Below, in pieces: positions 9,854 through 17,470 of a stretch of 64,000 nucleotides of DNA. The notes beneath the pieces are model-generated. The model was given only the letters and a program-made list of their open reading frames with translations. It was not told the origin of the DNA and made no database searches. The DNA comes from an uncultured Solirubrobacterales bacterium (GTDB lineage: Bacteria > Actinomycetota > Thermoleophilia > Solirubrobacterales > 70-9): contig CAWDNP010000012.1 in the NCBI GenBank assembly GCA_963803755.1, positions 111,307-175,306 of the forward strand, in the 5' to 3' direction. Each line of letters starts with the position of its first letter. Position 1 is the stretch's first letter. Made by a program: the position numbers and the translations under genes.

Positions 9854-9872
9854 GCGGGGCACCGCACCCCGC
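9854..9872 (+). terminator. GC hairpin after the DivIVA-like gene (possible terminator without a U-tract)
   Basis: GCGGGG-caccgca-CCCCGC, 6-bp perfect stem, 9 nt after the stop. No T-run follows. Confidence 0.3.
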
Positions 9873-9990
9873 GCCTGATGGGCAAAGCTGCTCGCTCGGG
9901 CTGGGCGTCCTGGATGTCGATCAGGTCCACCGACTTGGCTAGGTGGTCGCAGATTCGGGCCTTGACATGCAGCGCTTTGTCTGCGAACAT

Positions 9991-10400
9991 ATGTTCGTGC
10001 TCGACTCCAATCACAAGGGAAATGTTGCCGAGTTGGCGATCGCCACCGAGGCTGCATGGCTCGGCCTGTCGGTCCTCAAGCCTCTGACCGAGCACGAGCG
10101 CTATGACCTTGCGCTTGGTATCGGAGGGAGGCTGATACGCGTCCAATGCAAATGGGCCAGAAGGAAAGGCAATGTGATCTCGATCGGCCTCAGTACGAAT
10201 CGACGTGGCCCAGACAGCTACATACGAAGAAAGTATTCGGCAGTCGAGGTCGACGCAATCGGCGCCTACTGTGAGAGTTCTATAGCTGCTTTTTGATTCC
10301 GATCGAGGCCGTAGCCGGTCAATGGGCCGTGCAGCTCCGCTTGGCACCGGCCAGAAATGGACAGCGCGCCGCATTACACTTGGCGGAGCAATATCGCCGC
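9991..10400 (+). pseudogene. PD-(D/E)XK endonuclease-like gene (PF11645-like, 'group I intron endonuclease' family), frameshifted near 10273-10277 and with no stop before the tRNA
   Basis: MFVLDSNHKGNVAELAIATEAAWLGLSVLKPLTEHERYDLALGIGGRLIRVQCKWA fits the G..AE...YDL...QVK pattern. The expected C-terminal part (FLIPIEAVAGQWAVQLRLAPARNGQRAALHLAEQY) is in another frame (track ORF 10293..). Region is visibly AT-richer than its flanks. Confidence 0.55.
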
Positions 10401-10473
10401 GGGGCTGTAGCTCAGCTGGCAGAGCGCCGCCATGGCATGGCGGAGGCCAGGGGTTCGAATCCCCTCAGCTCCA
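10401..10473 (+). tRNA. tRNA-Ala (anticodon GGC), CCA not encoded
   Basis: Folded by hand into a 73-nt cloverleaf. Acceptor GGGGCTG/CAGCTCC carries the G3:U70 alanine identity pair. D arm GCTC/GAGC; anticodon stem CCGCC/GGCGG with loop ATGGCAT (anticodon GGC); T arm AGGGG-TTCGAAT-CCCCT; discriminator A. Confidence 0.92.
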
Positions 10474-10490
10474 CTTCGGAAAATGAGGAC

Positions 10491-10661
10491 CTGGCGGCCG
10501 ATGCCGAGGAAGTCGGAGTCCATCAGTTCCGCAACCACTTTGGCTACTACATGGAGCGTGCCGCGGCTGGCGCAGATATCTTGATCCGTCGTCGCGGCCG
10601 CCCGTTTGCTCGACTCGGCCCAGCGGATCTCAAATTGTCGCCGGCACCTGCCGATGAGTGA
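10491..10661 (+). CDS. Phd/YefM-family antitoxin-like ORF (no canonical start in frame; possibly degraded or affected by an indel)
   Basis: EEVGVHQFRNHFGYYMERAAAGADILIRRRGRPFARLGP resembles prevent-host-death antitoxin N-terminal domains. In frame there is only CTG 10491; ATG 10501 is one frame off. Confidence 0.35.
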   Translation: MAADAEEVGVHQFRNHFGYYMERAAAGADILIRRRGRPFARLGPADLKLSPAPADE

Positions 10662-10664
10662 GCG

Positions 10665-11369
10665 GTGAGCGCTAATCAGCACGTGTTCTCGCACGGCATG
10701 CGGGATACGCAAGAGACGTTCGAGGCTTGGAACGGGCGGCCATGGCCCGTGTTGCGAGGGTGGCTGGCGCTGAGCCTGGCGATCGCGCTGACGCTGCTTG
10801 CAGCCGTCTGGTTCGTGGCCGGGCTGCTGACGCCGGACCCGACGCCTGTTCACCTGCCCGGGATCACCGAACCGTCTGATCTCGGCGACCTACTGCCGAT
10901 CCTCGAGCGCAACTCGCTGGTCCTCGCCTTCCACGCCTCCGCCTGCATCGCCGGCTTCATCGCCGGCGCCTCGATGCCGATCGCCGCCGCGCAGCGCAGC
11001 GGCTTCTCGCGCTGGGTCCACGTCAAGGCGGGCGAGCTGGCGATCCTCTTCGTCTGCGCGGTGACCCTCTTTTCCCTTGCCACTCAGGCCTTCTACCTCG
11101 GCTTCCAGGGCTCGACTATCGCCTTCCAGCTCCACATCTCCCGCGCCGCGCTCATCCTCAGCGTCCTTCCCCACGCCATCCCCGAGCTCACGGCCCTTTT
11201 CCTCCCCCTGGCGGCCTGGCTTCTAGCCAGCCGCCGCGGCGAGTGGGACCAACTGCTCGCCGCCACCTTCATCACCGTCGCGCTGGCGATTCCGACTCTC
11301 GTCGTTGCAGCGACAATCGAGGTCTACGTTTGGCCCCACATCCTCATGGCCCTCTCGCCGGTCGTCTGA
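10665..11369 (+). CDS. SpoIIM/DUF95-family integral membrane protein
   Basis: 234-aa multi-TM ORF with the family-typical LPHAIPELTALFLPLAAW motif. GTG start is 3 nt after the preceding stop. Confidence 0.55.
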   Translation: MSANQHVFSHGMRDTQETFEAWNGRPWPVLRGWLALSLAIALTLLAAVWFVAGLLTPDPTPVHLPGITEPSDLGDLLPILERNSLVLAFHASACIAGFIAGASMPIAAAQRSGFSRWVHVKAGELAILFVCAVTLFSLATQAFYLGFQGSTIAFQLHISRAALILSVLPHAIPELTALFLPLAAWLLASRRGEWDQLLAATFITVALAIPTLVVAATIEVYVWPHILMALSPVV

Positions 11370-11383
11370 GAAGATCGCCGCCA

Positions 11384-13873
11384 GTGAGCGGCTATGACCC
11401 GAGGGCGATCGAGAGTAAGTGGCAGCAGATCTGGGCTGAGGAGAGGACCTGGGAGGTCGTCAACCCGGGGCAGCCCGGATTCGCGGTCTCCAAACCGAAG
11501 TCCTACGTGCTGGAGATGCTCCCCTACCCTTCGGGCGAGCCCCACGTTGGCCACCTCAAGGTCTACGCAGTCGGCGATGCGATTGCCCACTTCCGCCGAC
11601 GCCACGGCTTCGAGGTGGTCCACCCGATGGGCTATGACTCTTTCGGCCTGCCGGCGGAGAACAACGCGATCAAGACTGGCGAGCCTCCCCGCGGGGTGAC
11701 CGAGCGCTCGATCGACTCCTTTCGGCGTCAGTTCCGCGAGTGGGGGATCTCAATCGATTGGTCCCGCGAGCTGGCGACGCACACGCCTGAGTACTACCGC
11801 TGGACCCAGTGGATCTTCCTACAACTACTCGAGCGCGGCCTCGCCTACCGTGCCGAGGCGCCTGTCCAGTGGTGCCCGAAGGACGCGACCGTGCTCGCCA
11901 ACGAGCAGGTCGTTGACGGCCGCTGCGAGCGCTGCGGAACGCCGGTCGTGCAGCGAAAGCTCAAGCAGTGGTTCTTCCGCATCACCGAGTACGCCGAGCG
12001 TCTGCTCACTGACTTTGACCTGCTCGAGTCCTGGCCCGAGCACGTGATCACGATGCAGCGCAACTGGATCGGCCGCTCCGAGGGGGCGGAGGTCGTCTTT
12101 TGCTGTGAGGAGCTCGATCTCGACTTCGAGGTCTTCACAACCCGCCCTGACACGCTGTTTGGCGCCACCTTCTTCGTCCTAGCCCCCGAGCACCCCGAGC
12201 TGGAGCGGCTGGTCGCTGGCACGCCAGCCGAGGAGCCGGTGCGCGAGTACGTTGACCGGGTCGCCCGCGAGTCGGCCGAGGAACGTGGCGCGGAGGACCG
12301 CGAGAAGACCGGTGTGGCGCTGGGCCGCAGCGTGCTCAACCCGGTCAACGGAGAGCAGATTCCGATGTTCGTCGCTGACTACGTGCTGATGGAGTACGGG
12401 ACTGGGGCGATCATGGCGGTACCGGCGCACGACGCCCGCGACTACGAGTTCGCCAAGGCCTTTGACCTGCCGGTTCGCCGCGTGATCGAGGGCGCCGATC
12501 CCGAGGCGGCCCGCGACGACAATGGCCTTCCGTATCCCGGCGACGGTCCGATGGTCGACTCCGGGCGCTTCGACGGCAAAGGCAACCGCGAGGCCTACGC
12601 GGAGATCGTCGAGTGGCTGGCCTCAGAGGGGCGGGGCCAGCCCGCCATCAACTACCGCCTCCGCGACTGGCTGGTCTCCCGCCAGCGTTACTGGGGCGCG
12701 CCGATCCCGGTCGTCTACTGTGAGGACTGCGGGGTAGTCCCCGTTCCCGAGGATCGGCTCCCGGTCGAGCTGCCCGAGATCGAGGACTACGCGCCGCAGG
12801 GCCGCAGCCCACTGGCCGCCGCCGAGGAGTGGGTCGCCGCCGAGTGTCCGCGCTGCGGCGGCGCGGCCCGTCGCGAGACCGACACCATGGACACCTTCGT
12901 CGACTCCTCCTGGTATTTCATTCGCTACCTCGACCCGCGCAACGAAGCAGCGGCCTGGAACCGCTCCGCGGCCGACCACTGGCTGCCGGTCGACCAATAC
13001 ATCGGCGGGGTCGAGCACGCGATCTTGCATTTGATGTATGCGCGCTTCCTGACCAAGGCGCTCGCCGATCTCGGCCACCTCGACGTGCAGGAGCCGTTCG
13101 CCAATCTCTTTGCCCAGGGAATGATCACCCGTGACGGGGCGAAGATGTCGAAGTCGAGGGGCAACACTGTCAGCCCCGGCGAGTACGTCGAGCGCTACGG
13201 GGCCGATACCGCTCGCACCTACATCTGCTTCATGGGCCCGCCCGAGCGTGGTGGCGACTGGTCCGATGAGGGGGTGGAGGGGGTCAACCGCTTCCTCGCG
13301 AGGCTGTGGAGGCTCTGCGAGGAGGTCGCATCGAAGGACGCCGGCGAGGTCGATGCGGGTGTCGCTACGGGCGACGCTCGCGCCCTGCTCGCAAAGGCCC
13401 ACTGGGCGATCGACAAGGTCACCCGCGACTTCCAACGCGGCTTCCAGTTCAACACCGCGATCGCCGCCGTGATGGAGCTGGTCAACGATGCCTATCGGCT
13501 CAAGGACGGCCTCTACAGCGACCCTCCGGGCGCCGCTGCGGTCCGCTTCGCCACGGCGACCGCAGCCTCGCTGGTCTTCCCGTTTGCGCCCCACCTGGGG
13601 GCCGAGACGTGGGAGCGATTGCGCGCGGGGCGCGTCTGGGAGCAGCCTTGGCCGGTGGCTGACCCGACGCTGCTGGCGAGCGACACGGTGACCCTGATCG
13701 TCCAGGTCAACGGCAAGCTGCGAGACCGCATCGAGGCCCGCTCCGAGGCCCCTCGCGAGGAGTTGCTGCGCCTTGCCAGGGAGAGCGAGAAGGTGAGCCG
13801 GCACCTCGACGGCAAAGAGGTCGTCAAGGAGGTTGTAGTCCCAGGCAGGCTGGTCAATCTGGTGGTTCGCTGA
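11384..13873 (+). CDS. leuS: Leucine--tRNA ligase
   Basis: VSGYDPRAIESKWQQIW N-terminus (GTG 11384), HIGH motif (PSGEPHVGHLK), KMSKS (AKMSKSRGN) and the CP1 editing domain. The upstream part of track ORF 11243.. overlaps the previous gene. Confidence 0.92.
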   Translation: MSGYDPRAIESKWQQIWAEERTWEVVNPGQPGFAVSKPKSYVLEMLPYPSGEPHVGHLKVYAVGDAIAHFRRRHGFEVVHPMGYDSFGLPAENNAIKTGEPPRGVTERSIDSFRRQFREWGISIDWSRELATHTPEYYRWTQWIFLQLLERGLAYRAEAPVQWCPKDATVLANEQVVDGRCERCGTPVVQRKLKQWFFRITEYAERLLTDFDLLESWPEHVITMQRNWIGRSEGAEVVFCCEELDLDFEVFTTRPDTLFGATFFVLAPEHPELERLVAGTPAEEPVREYVDRVARESAEERGAEDREKTGVALGRSVLNPVNGEQIPMFVADYVLMEYGTGAIMAVPAHDARDYEFAKAFDLPVRRVIEGADPEAARDDNGLPYPGDGPMVDSGRFDGKGNREAYAEIVEWLASEGRGQPAINYRLRDWLVSRQRYWGAPIPVVYCEDCGVVPVPEDRLPVELPEIEDYAPQGRSPLAAAEEWVAAECPRCGGAARRETDTMDTFVDSSWYFIRYLDPRNEAAAWNRSAADHWLPVDQYIGGVEHAILHLMYARFLTKALADLGHLDVQEPFANLFAQGMITRDGAKMSKSRGNTVSPGEYVERYGADTARTYICFMGPPERGGDWSDEGVEGVNRFLARLWRLCEEVASKDAGEVDAGVATGDARALLAKAHWAIDKVTRDFQRGFQFNTAIAAVMELVNDAYRLKDGLYSDPPGAAAVRFATATAASLVFPFAPHLGAETWERLRAGRVWEQPWPVADPTLLASDTVTLIVQVNGKLRDRIEARSEAPREELLRLARESEKVSRHLDGKEVVKEVVVPGRLVNLVVR

Positions 13874-13921
13874 GAGGCCTCTCATGGCCTTCGGCTCCGG
13901 CATCTGGTACAAAGCGCGCGA

Positions 13922-14320
13922 ATGCTCGTCAGGCGCCTCGACGAAGCCCCGGTGGAGGAGTGGCACCGCCTCCGCTCCCACGTTCTCATGGACGCGGGGG
14001 AACTGGGCTCGCGCAACCTCTCGGTCACCTGGTTGGAGATACCGATCGGGACCGAGCAGGCGCTGCGCTCCCACGAGGAGGGCGAGCAGGTCTACGTGGT
14101 CGTCCGGGGGGCGGGCACGATGTCTGTGGCGGGCGACACTCAGCCGGTGGGGGAGGGCGATCTGATCCTGGTCCCGCCCGCCACCGACCACTCGATTGCA
14201 AACGACGGCCAGGGTGAGCTCGCCTGCGTGTCCGTTCAGTCCCCTCCCGTCTCGGTCGCCGAGCTGTATGGCGGGCAGATGGCCGAAGTGTCCGGTTATG
14301 AGGACGACGAAGGTCCGTAG
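13922..14320 (+). CDS. Cupin-domain protein
   Basis: 132 aa with the two-motif cupin pattern (SHEEGEQVYVVVRGAG ... GDLILVPPATDHSIAN). Confidence 0.65.
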   Translation: MLVRRLDEAPVEEWHRLRSHVLMDAGELGSRNLSVTWLEIPIGTEQALRSHEEGEQVYVVVRGAGTMSVAGDTQPVGEGDLILVPPATDHSIANDGQGELACVSVQSPPVSVAELYGGQMAEVSGYEDDEGP

Positions 14321-14486
14321 GCGAATCATCTGAGTACCTGCTGGGGCCGCGCACCACCTGCCTGTCATGCGCGTACCAATCTCGAAGGCAACCGTCGTCC
14401 CGGCGTCCACCGAGTCGATCAAGCGAGTGCGAACGGCTGAGGAGTCAGCGGGGGCCGTCACTAGACTCGAACCAGTGGTCGAGGAG

Positions 14487-15455
14487 ATGCGCTCGCTCTA
14501 TCTGATCGCCGGCACCGACCAGGCGAAGATCGACGCCACCCGCGCCCGGCTGCGTGCCCGTGCGGAGGGCGAAGGCGGCGCCGCCGCGCTGGAGGTCTTT
14601 GAGCCGAGCGAGGGCAGGGGAGCACCCGATCACGAGGCGCTGCTGGGGGCGATCCCAGCGATGTCGCTCACCGAGTCCCGCCGCTACCTGCTCGCCGACG
14701 GAGTCGAGCGCTGGCGCGACCGCCAGCAGGAGGAGGTCGCCGAGGCGCTCTCAAGGCTCCCCCCGGACCTCACCGTGGTGTTGATCGCCCGCGCCAAGGC
14801 GCCGACCAAACTCGCCCGCGCGGTCAGGGCCGCGCAGGGTGAGGTCCATGAGTTCGAGGCGCCGAAGGCCCGCGATATGCCTCGGGCTCTTCTCACCGAC
14901 GCCAAGCGGCTCGGATTCCGGCTCGACCCGGTCGCCGCCCGGGCTCTGGTCGAGCGGATGGGCCCCAACCCGATCCGGCTCTCCCACGAGCTGGAGCGCC
15001 TGGCGCTCTGGGCGGGGCAGGGGGGAGAGGTCACCGCCGCTGATCTCGAGGCGATGGTCGCCGATACTTCCGAGACCGCCGTCTGGTCCCTCTCTGACGC
15101 ACTCCTTGAGCGCGATCCGGCGCGCGCCCTTGAGATCGGGGAGCGTCTGATCGACCAGGGCGAGAACGTCACCGGCCTGGTCTACGGCCTCGCCTCGCGT
15201 CTGCGTAGTGCTTTCGCGGCCGCCGCCCAACTGGAAGAGGGCGTTCCTCCCAAGCAGGTCGAGTCGAGCCTGGCGATGCATCCCTACGCGGCGCGCCAGC
15301 TCCTCACCCGCGTCCGCGACGTCGACCTCGGCCACCTGCGGGGTGCGACCGAGGTGCTCGCCGACCTCGAGGTCTCCTGCCGCGGGGGGGCCGACTACGG
15401 CGACGAGCTGGCGCTCACGCTGGCCCTCAGGCGGGCGGCCGGCTCTCCGGCCTGA
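14487..15455 (+). CDS. holA: DNA polymerase III subunit delta
   Basis: MRSLYLIAGTDQAKI... start at ATG 14487, about 322 aa. Length and helical C-terminal domains fit HolA. Lies convergent with rpsT, as in many Gram-positives. Confidence 0.7.
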   Translation: MRSLYLIAGTDQAKIDATRARLRARAEGEGGAAALEVFEPSEGRGAPDHEALLGAIPAMSLTESRRYLLADGVERWRDRQQEEVAEALSRLPPDLTVVLIARAKAPTKLARAVRAAQGEVHEFEAPKARDMPRALLTDAKRLGFRLDPVAARALVERMGPNPIRLSHELERLALWAGQGGEVTAADLEAMVADTSETAVWSLSDALLERDPARALEIGERLIDQGENVTGLVYGLASRLRSAFAAAAQLEEGVPPKQVESSLAMHPYAARQLLTRVRDVDLGHLRGATEVLADLEVSCRGGADYGDELALTLALRRAAGSPA

Positions 15456-15722
15456 TTACTTGGCGGAGCTGGACGCGAGTTTGGCCGCCCGGGCCTTCTT
15501 GCGCGCGCCGGTGTTCCGGTGCAAGGCGCCCTTCTGCACTGCCTTGTCGATCTTTGAGACCAGCGAGCGGTGCTCGGCCTCGATCACGCTCGCATCGCCA
15601 CCCTCCACAGCGCTCTGCAGGCGGCGGAAGTGGGTCTTCACCGTGCTGGTCAACAGGCGGTTCTCCACCCGCTCGCGCTCGCTGCGTAGGATGCGCTTCT
15701 TCTGTGAGGCTATGTTGGCCAT
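15456..15722 (-). CDS. rpsT: 30S ribosomal protein S20
   Basis: MANIASQKKRILRSERERVENRLLTSTVKT...HRNTGARKKARAAK is canonical S20. Confidence 0.92.
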   Translation of the reverse strand: MANIASQKKRILRSERERVENRLLTSTVKTHFRRLQSAVEGGDASVIEAEHRSLVSKIDKAVQKGALHRNTGARKKARAAKLASSSAK

Positions 15723-15790
15723 GAGTCAAGTGCCTGAGCTGGCGCCGAGCCGGCTCCGGGCGGCCGCCGACTATAGCGACTGAGACCAGC

Positions 15791-17470
15791 TTGGAGACGC
15801 CCAAGGCACCCGACACACCCGAGCGCGAGGAGGCCACGGTGGACTCCGACGCGGCGCTGCGCGCCGCCGAGGCATTCGACCCCGGTGAGGGCCTGACCGG
15901 CGAGCCGGCCCCCGGCCGCCAGGCGGGGCGCATCGCCCGCTCCACCGCCTTCTTCTCGATTGCCACCGCCGCCTCGCGGATCGCCGGCCTGGCCAGGGAA
16001 GTGGTCGCCGCCGGCTACTACGGGGTCAACGGGCCGATGTCGGCCTTCACGATTGCCTTCCAGGTCCCCAACCTGGTCCGCAGCCTCTTCGCCGATGCGG
16101 CGCTCCAACCCGCATTCGTCCCGGTCTTCACCGAGCAGCTCCAGCAGAAGAACTACAGGGAGGCGTTCCGGCTCGCCTCGACCCTGCTGCTGATCGTGAC
16201 CATGGTCCTGGGCGCGATCACCGCCTTCTTCGTGGTGGTGGCCCCGGTCGTGATGCCGATCTTCGCCCCCGGCTTCAAGGGCGAGATCCTCGAACTGACC
16301 ATCACCCTCTCCCGCATCCTCTTCCCGATCCTAATCCTGCTCGGGCTCAGCGGGGTCGTCGTCGGCATCCTCAACAGCTATGACCGCTTTGGCGCCTTCG
16401 CGATCGCGCCGCTGTTTTGGAACCTGACGATCATCGCCGTGCTGGTCCTTTTGATACCGGCCTTCCACGGCCGCGACCGCATCTACGCCTACGCGATCGC
16501 CATTCTCGTCGGCACCCTGATCCAGCTGCTGATCCCCGTCTTTGACTTGCGCAACACGCCGTTTAGGTTCCACTGGAGTTTTGAGTGGCGCCACCCCGGG
16601 GTGCGCCGCGTCTTGCTGTTGATGCTGCCGGTGACGATCAGCCTCGGCCTGATCAACTTCAACCAGCTGATCAACAGCTTCTTCGGCAGCCTCGTGTCCG
16701 AAGAAGCGCCGGCGGCGATCGACAAAGCGTTCCGCATCTACCAGCTGCCGCAGGGGATCTTCTCGGTGGCGATCGCAACCGTGCTCTTCCCGACCCTCGC
16801 CCGCTTCGCCAATCGCGGTGAGATCGACAACCTGCGCGCCACGATGGCAAACGGAATGCGCCAGATCCTCTTCGTCTTGGTCCCCGCCGCCGCCGCCATC
16901 CTCGCCCTCTCTGAACCGATGATCCGGCTTGTCTACCAGCGCGGCGAGTTCAACTCGGCGCAGACCACCCTGGTAGCGACGGCGCTCTTCTGGTTTGCCT
17001 TCTCGCTGCCGACCAACGGCATCTACCTGCTCCAGACCCGCACCTTCTTCAGCCTCCAGCGCCCCTGGCTTGCGACCGGCCTGGCCGTGGTGGACCTAGT
17101 CGTCTCGGCGCTGGCGGCGCTGTTCCTCTACAAGCCGTTCGGGGTGGGGGGGATCGTCGCCGGCACCGGCATTGGCACCACGGCGGCCGTGGTAGCCCAG
17201 GCAGTGGTACTGCGCCACGAGTTCGGCGGGCTGGAGTTCGACAGACTGCTCTCGACTGCCCTACGAATCACGCTCGCATCACTCGCCCTCGCGGCGGTTG
17301 GCTACGGCGTCTGGCACGTCCTGTATCAGGCTCTCGGATCGGGGCTGCTCAGCCAGGTCGTCTCCCTGGGCAGCGGCTTGGCGCTCGGCGCCGCCGTCTA
17401 CCTCGCCTTCGCCAAACTCTTCCGCATCGCCGAGCTGGAGCAGATATTGCGCCTTCTGCGGCGCCGCTAG
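15791..17470 (+). CDS. murJ: Lipid II flippase MurJ (MviN family)
   Basis: 559-aa, roughly 14-TM ORF. STAFFSIATAASRIAGLAREVVAAGYYG and AFTIAFQVPNLVRSLF are typical MurJ N-terminal motifs. TTG start is uncertain. Confidence 0.85.
   Translation: METPKAPDTPEREEATVDSDAALRAAEAFDPGEGLTGEPAPGRQAGRIARSTAFFSIATAASRIAGLAREVVAAGYYGVNGPMSAFTIAFQVPNLVRSLFADAALQPAFVPVFTEQLQQKNYREAFRLASTLLLIVTMVLGAITAFFVVVAPVVMPIFAPGFKGEILELTITLSRILFPILILLGLSGVVVGILNSYDRFGAFAIAPLFWNLTIIAVLVLLIPAFHGRDRIYAYAIAILVGTLIQLLIPVFDLRNTPFRFHWSFEWRHPGVRRVLLLMLPVTISLGLINFNQLINSFFGSLVSEEAPAAIDKAFRIYQLPQGIFSVAIATVLFPTLARFANRGEIDNLRATMANGMRQILFVLVPAAAAILALSEPMIRLVYQRGEFNSAQTTLVATALFWFAFSLPTNGIYLLQTRTFFSLQRPWLATGLAVVDLVVSALAALFLYKPFGVGGIVAGTGIGTTAAVVAQAVVLRHEFGGLEFDRLLSTALRITLASLALAAVGYGVWHVLYQALGSGLLSQVVSLGSGLALGAAVYLAFAKLFRIAELEQILRLLRRR

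Noticed and set aside
9842-9872. A CIRCE-like half-site TTAGCAC after the DivIVA-like gene, a possible HrcA operator.
   Set aside because: No inverted partner GAGTGCTAA lies at the required 9-nt spacing. The local structure is just a GC hairpin.
9962-9990. TTGACA-N17-GAACAT upstream of the PD-(D/E)XK ORF as a sigma-70-type promoter.
   Set aside because: The putative -10 abuts the ATG directly, leaving no room for a transcription start before the start codon. The -10 is also a poor match, so this may be a chance hit.
10293-10661. A 122-aa ORF that spans the tRNA-Ala gene.
   Set aside because: It is a composite. Its 5' part is the out-of-frame C-terminus of the PD-(D/E)XK pseudogene, the middle is the tRNA itself, and the 3' part is the Phd-like ORF. 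It is not a single gene.
13872-13885. The palindrome GAGAGGCCTCTC at the leuS stop as a terminator.
   Set aside because: There is no loop (the arms are directly adjacent) and no T-tract, so it is unlikely to form a functional terminator hairpin.
12623-14461. Very long minus-strand ORFs antisense to conserved genes, for example 12623..14461 (612 aa, opposite leuS), 1712..3217, 6753..8258, 29222..31237, 45892..47190, 52303..53778 and 53926..55620.
   Set aside because: Their translations are low-complexity Arg/Gly/Ala/Pro/Leu-rich with no recognisable motifs. Each lies exactly opposite a strongly conserved plus-strand gene. Long stop-free antisense frames are expected in DNA this GC-rich.
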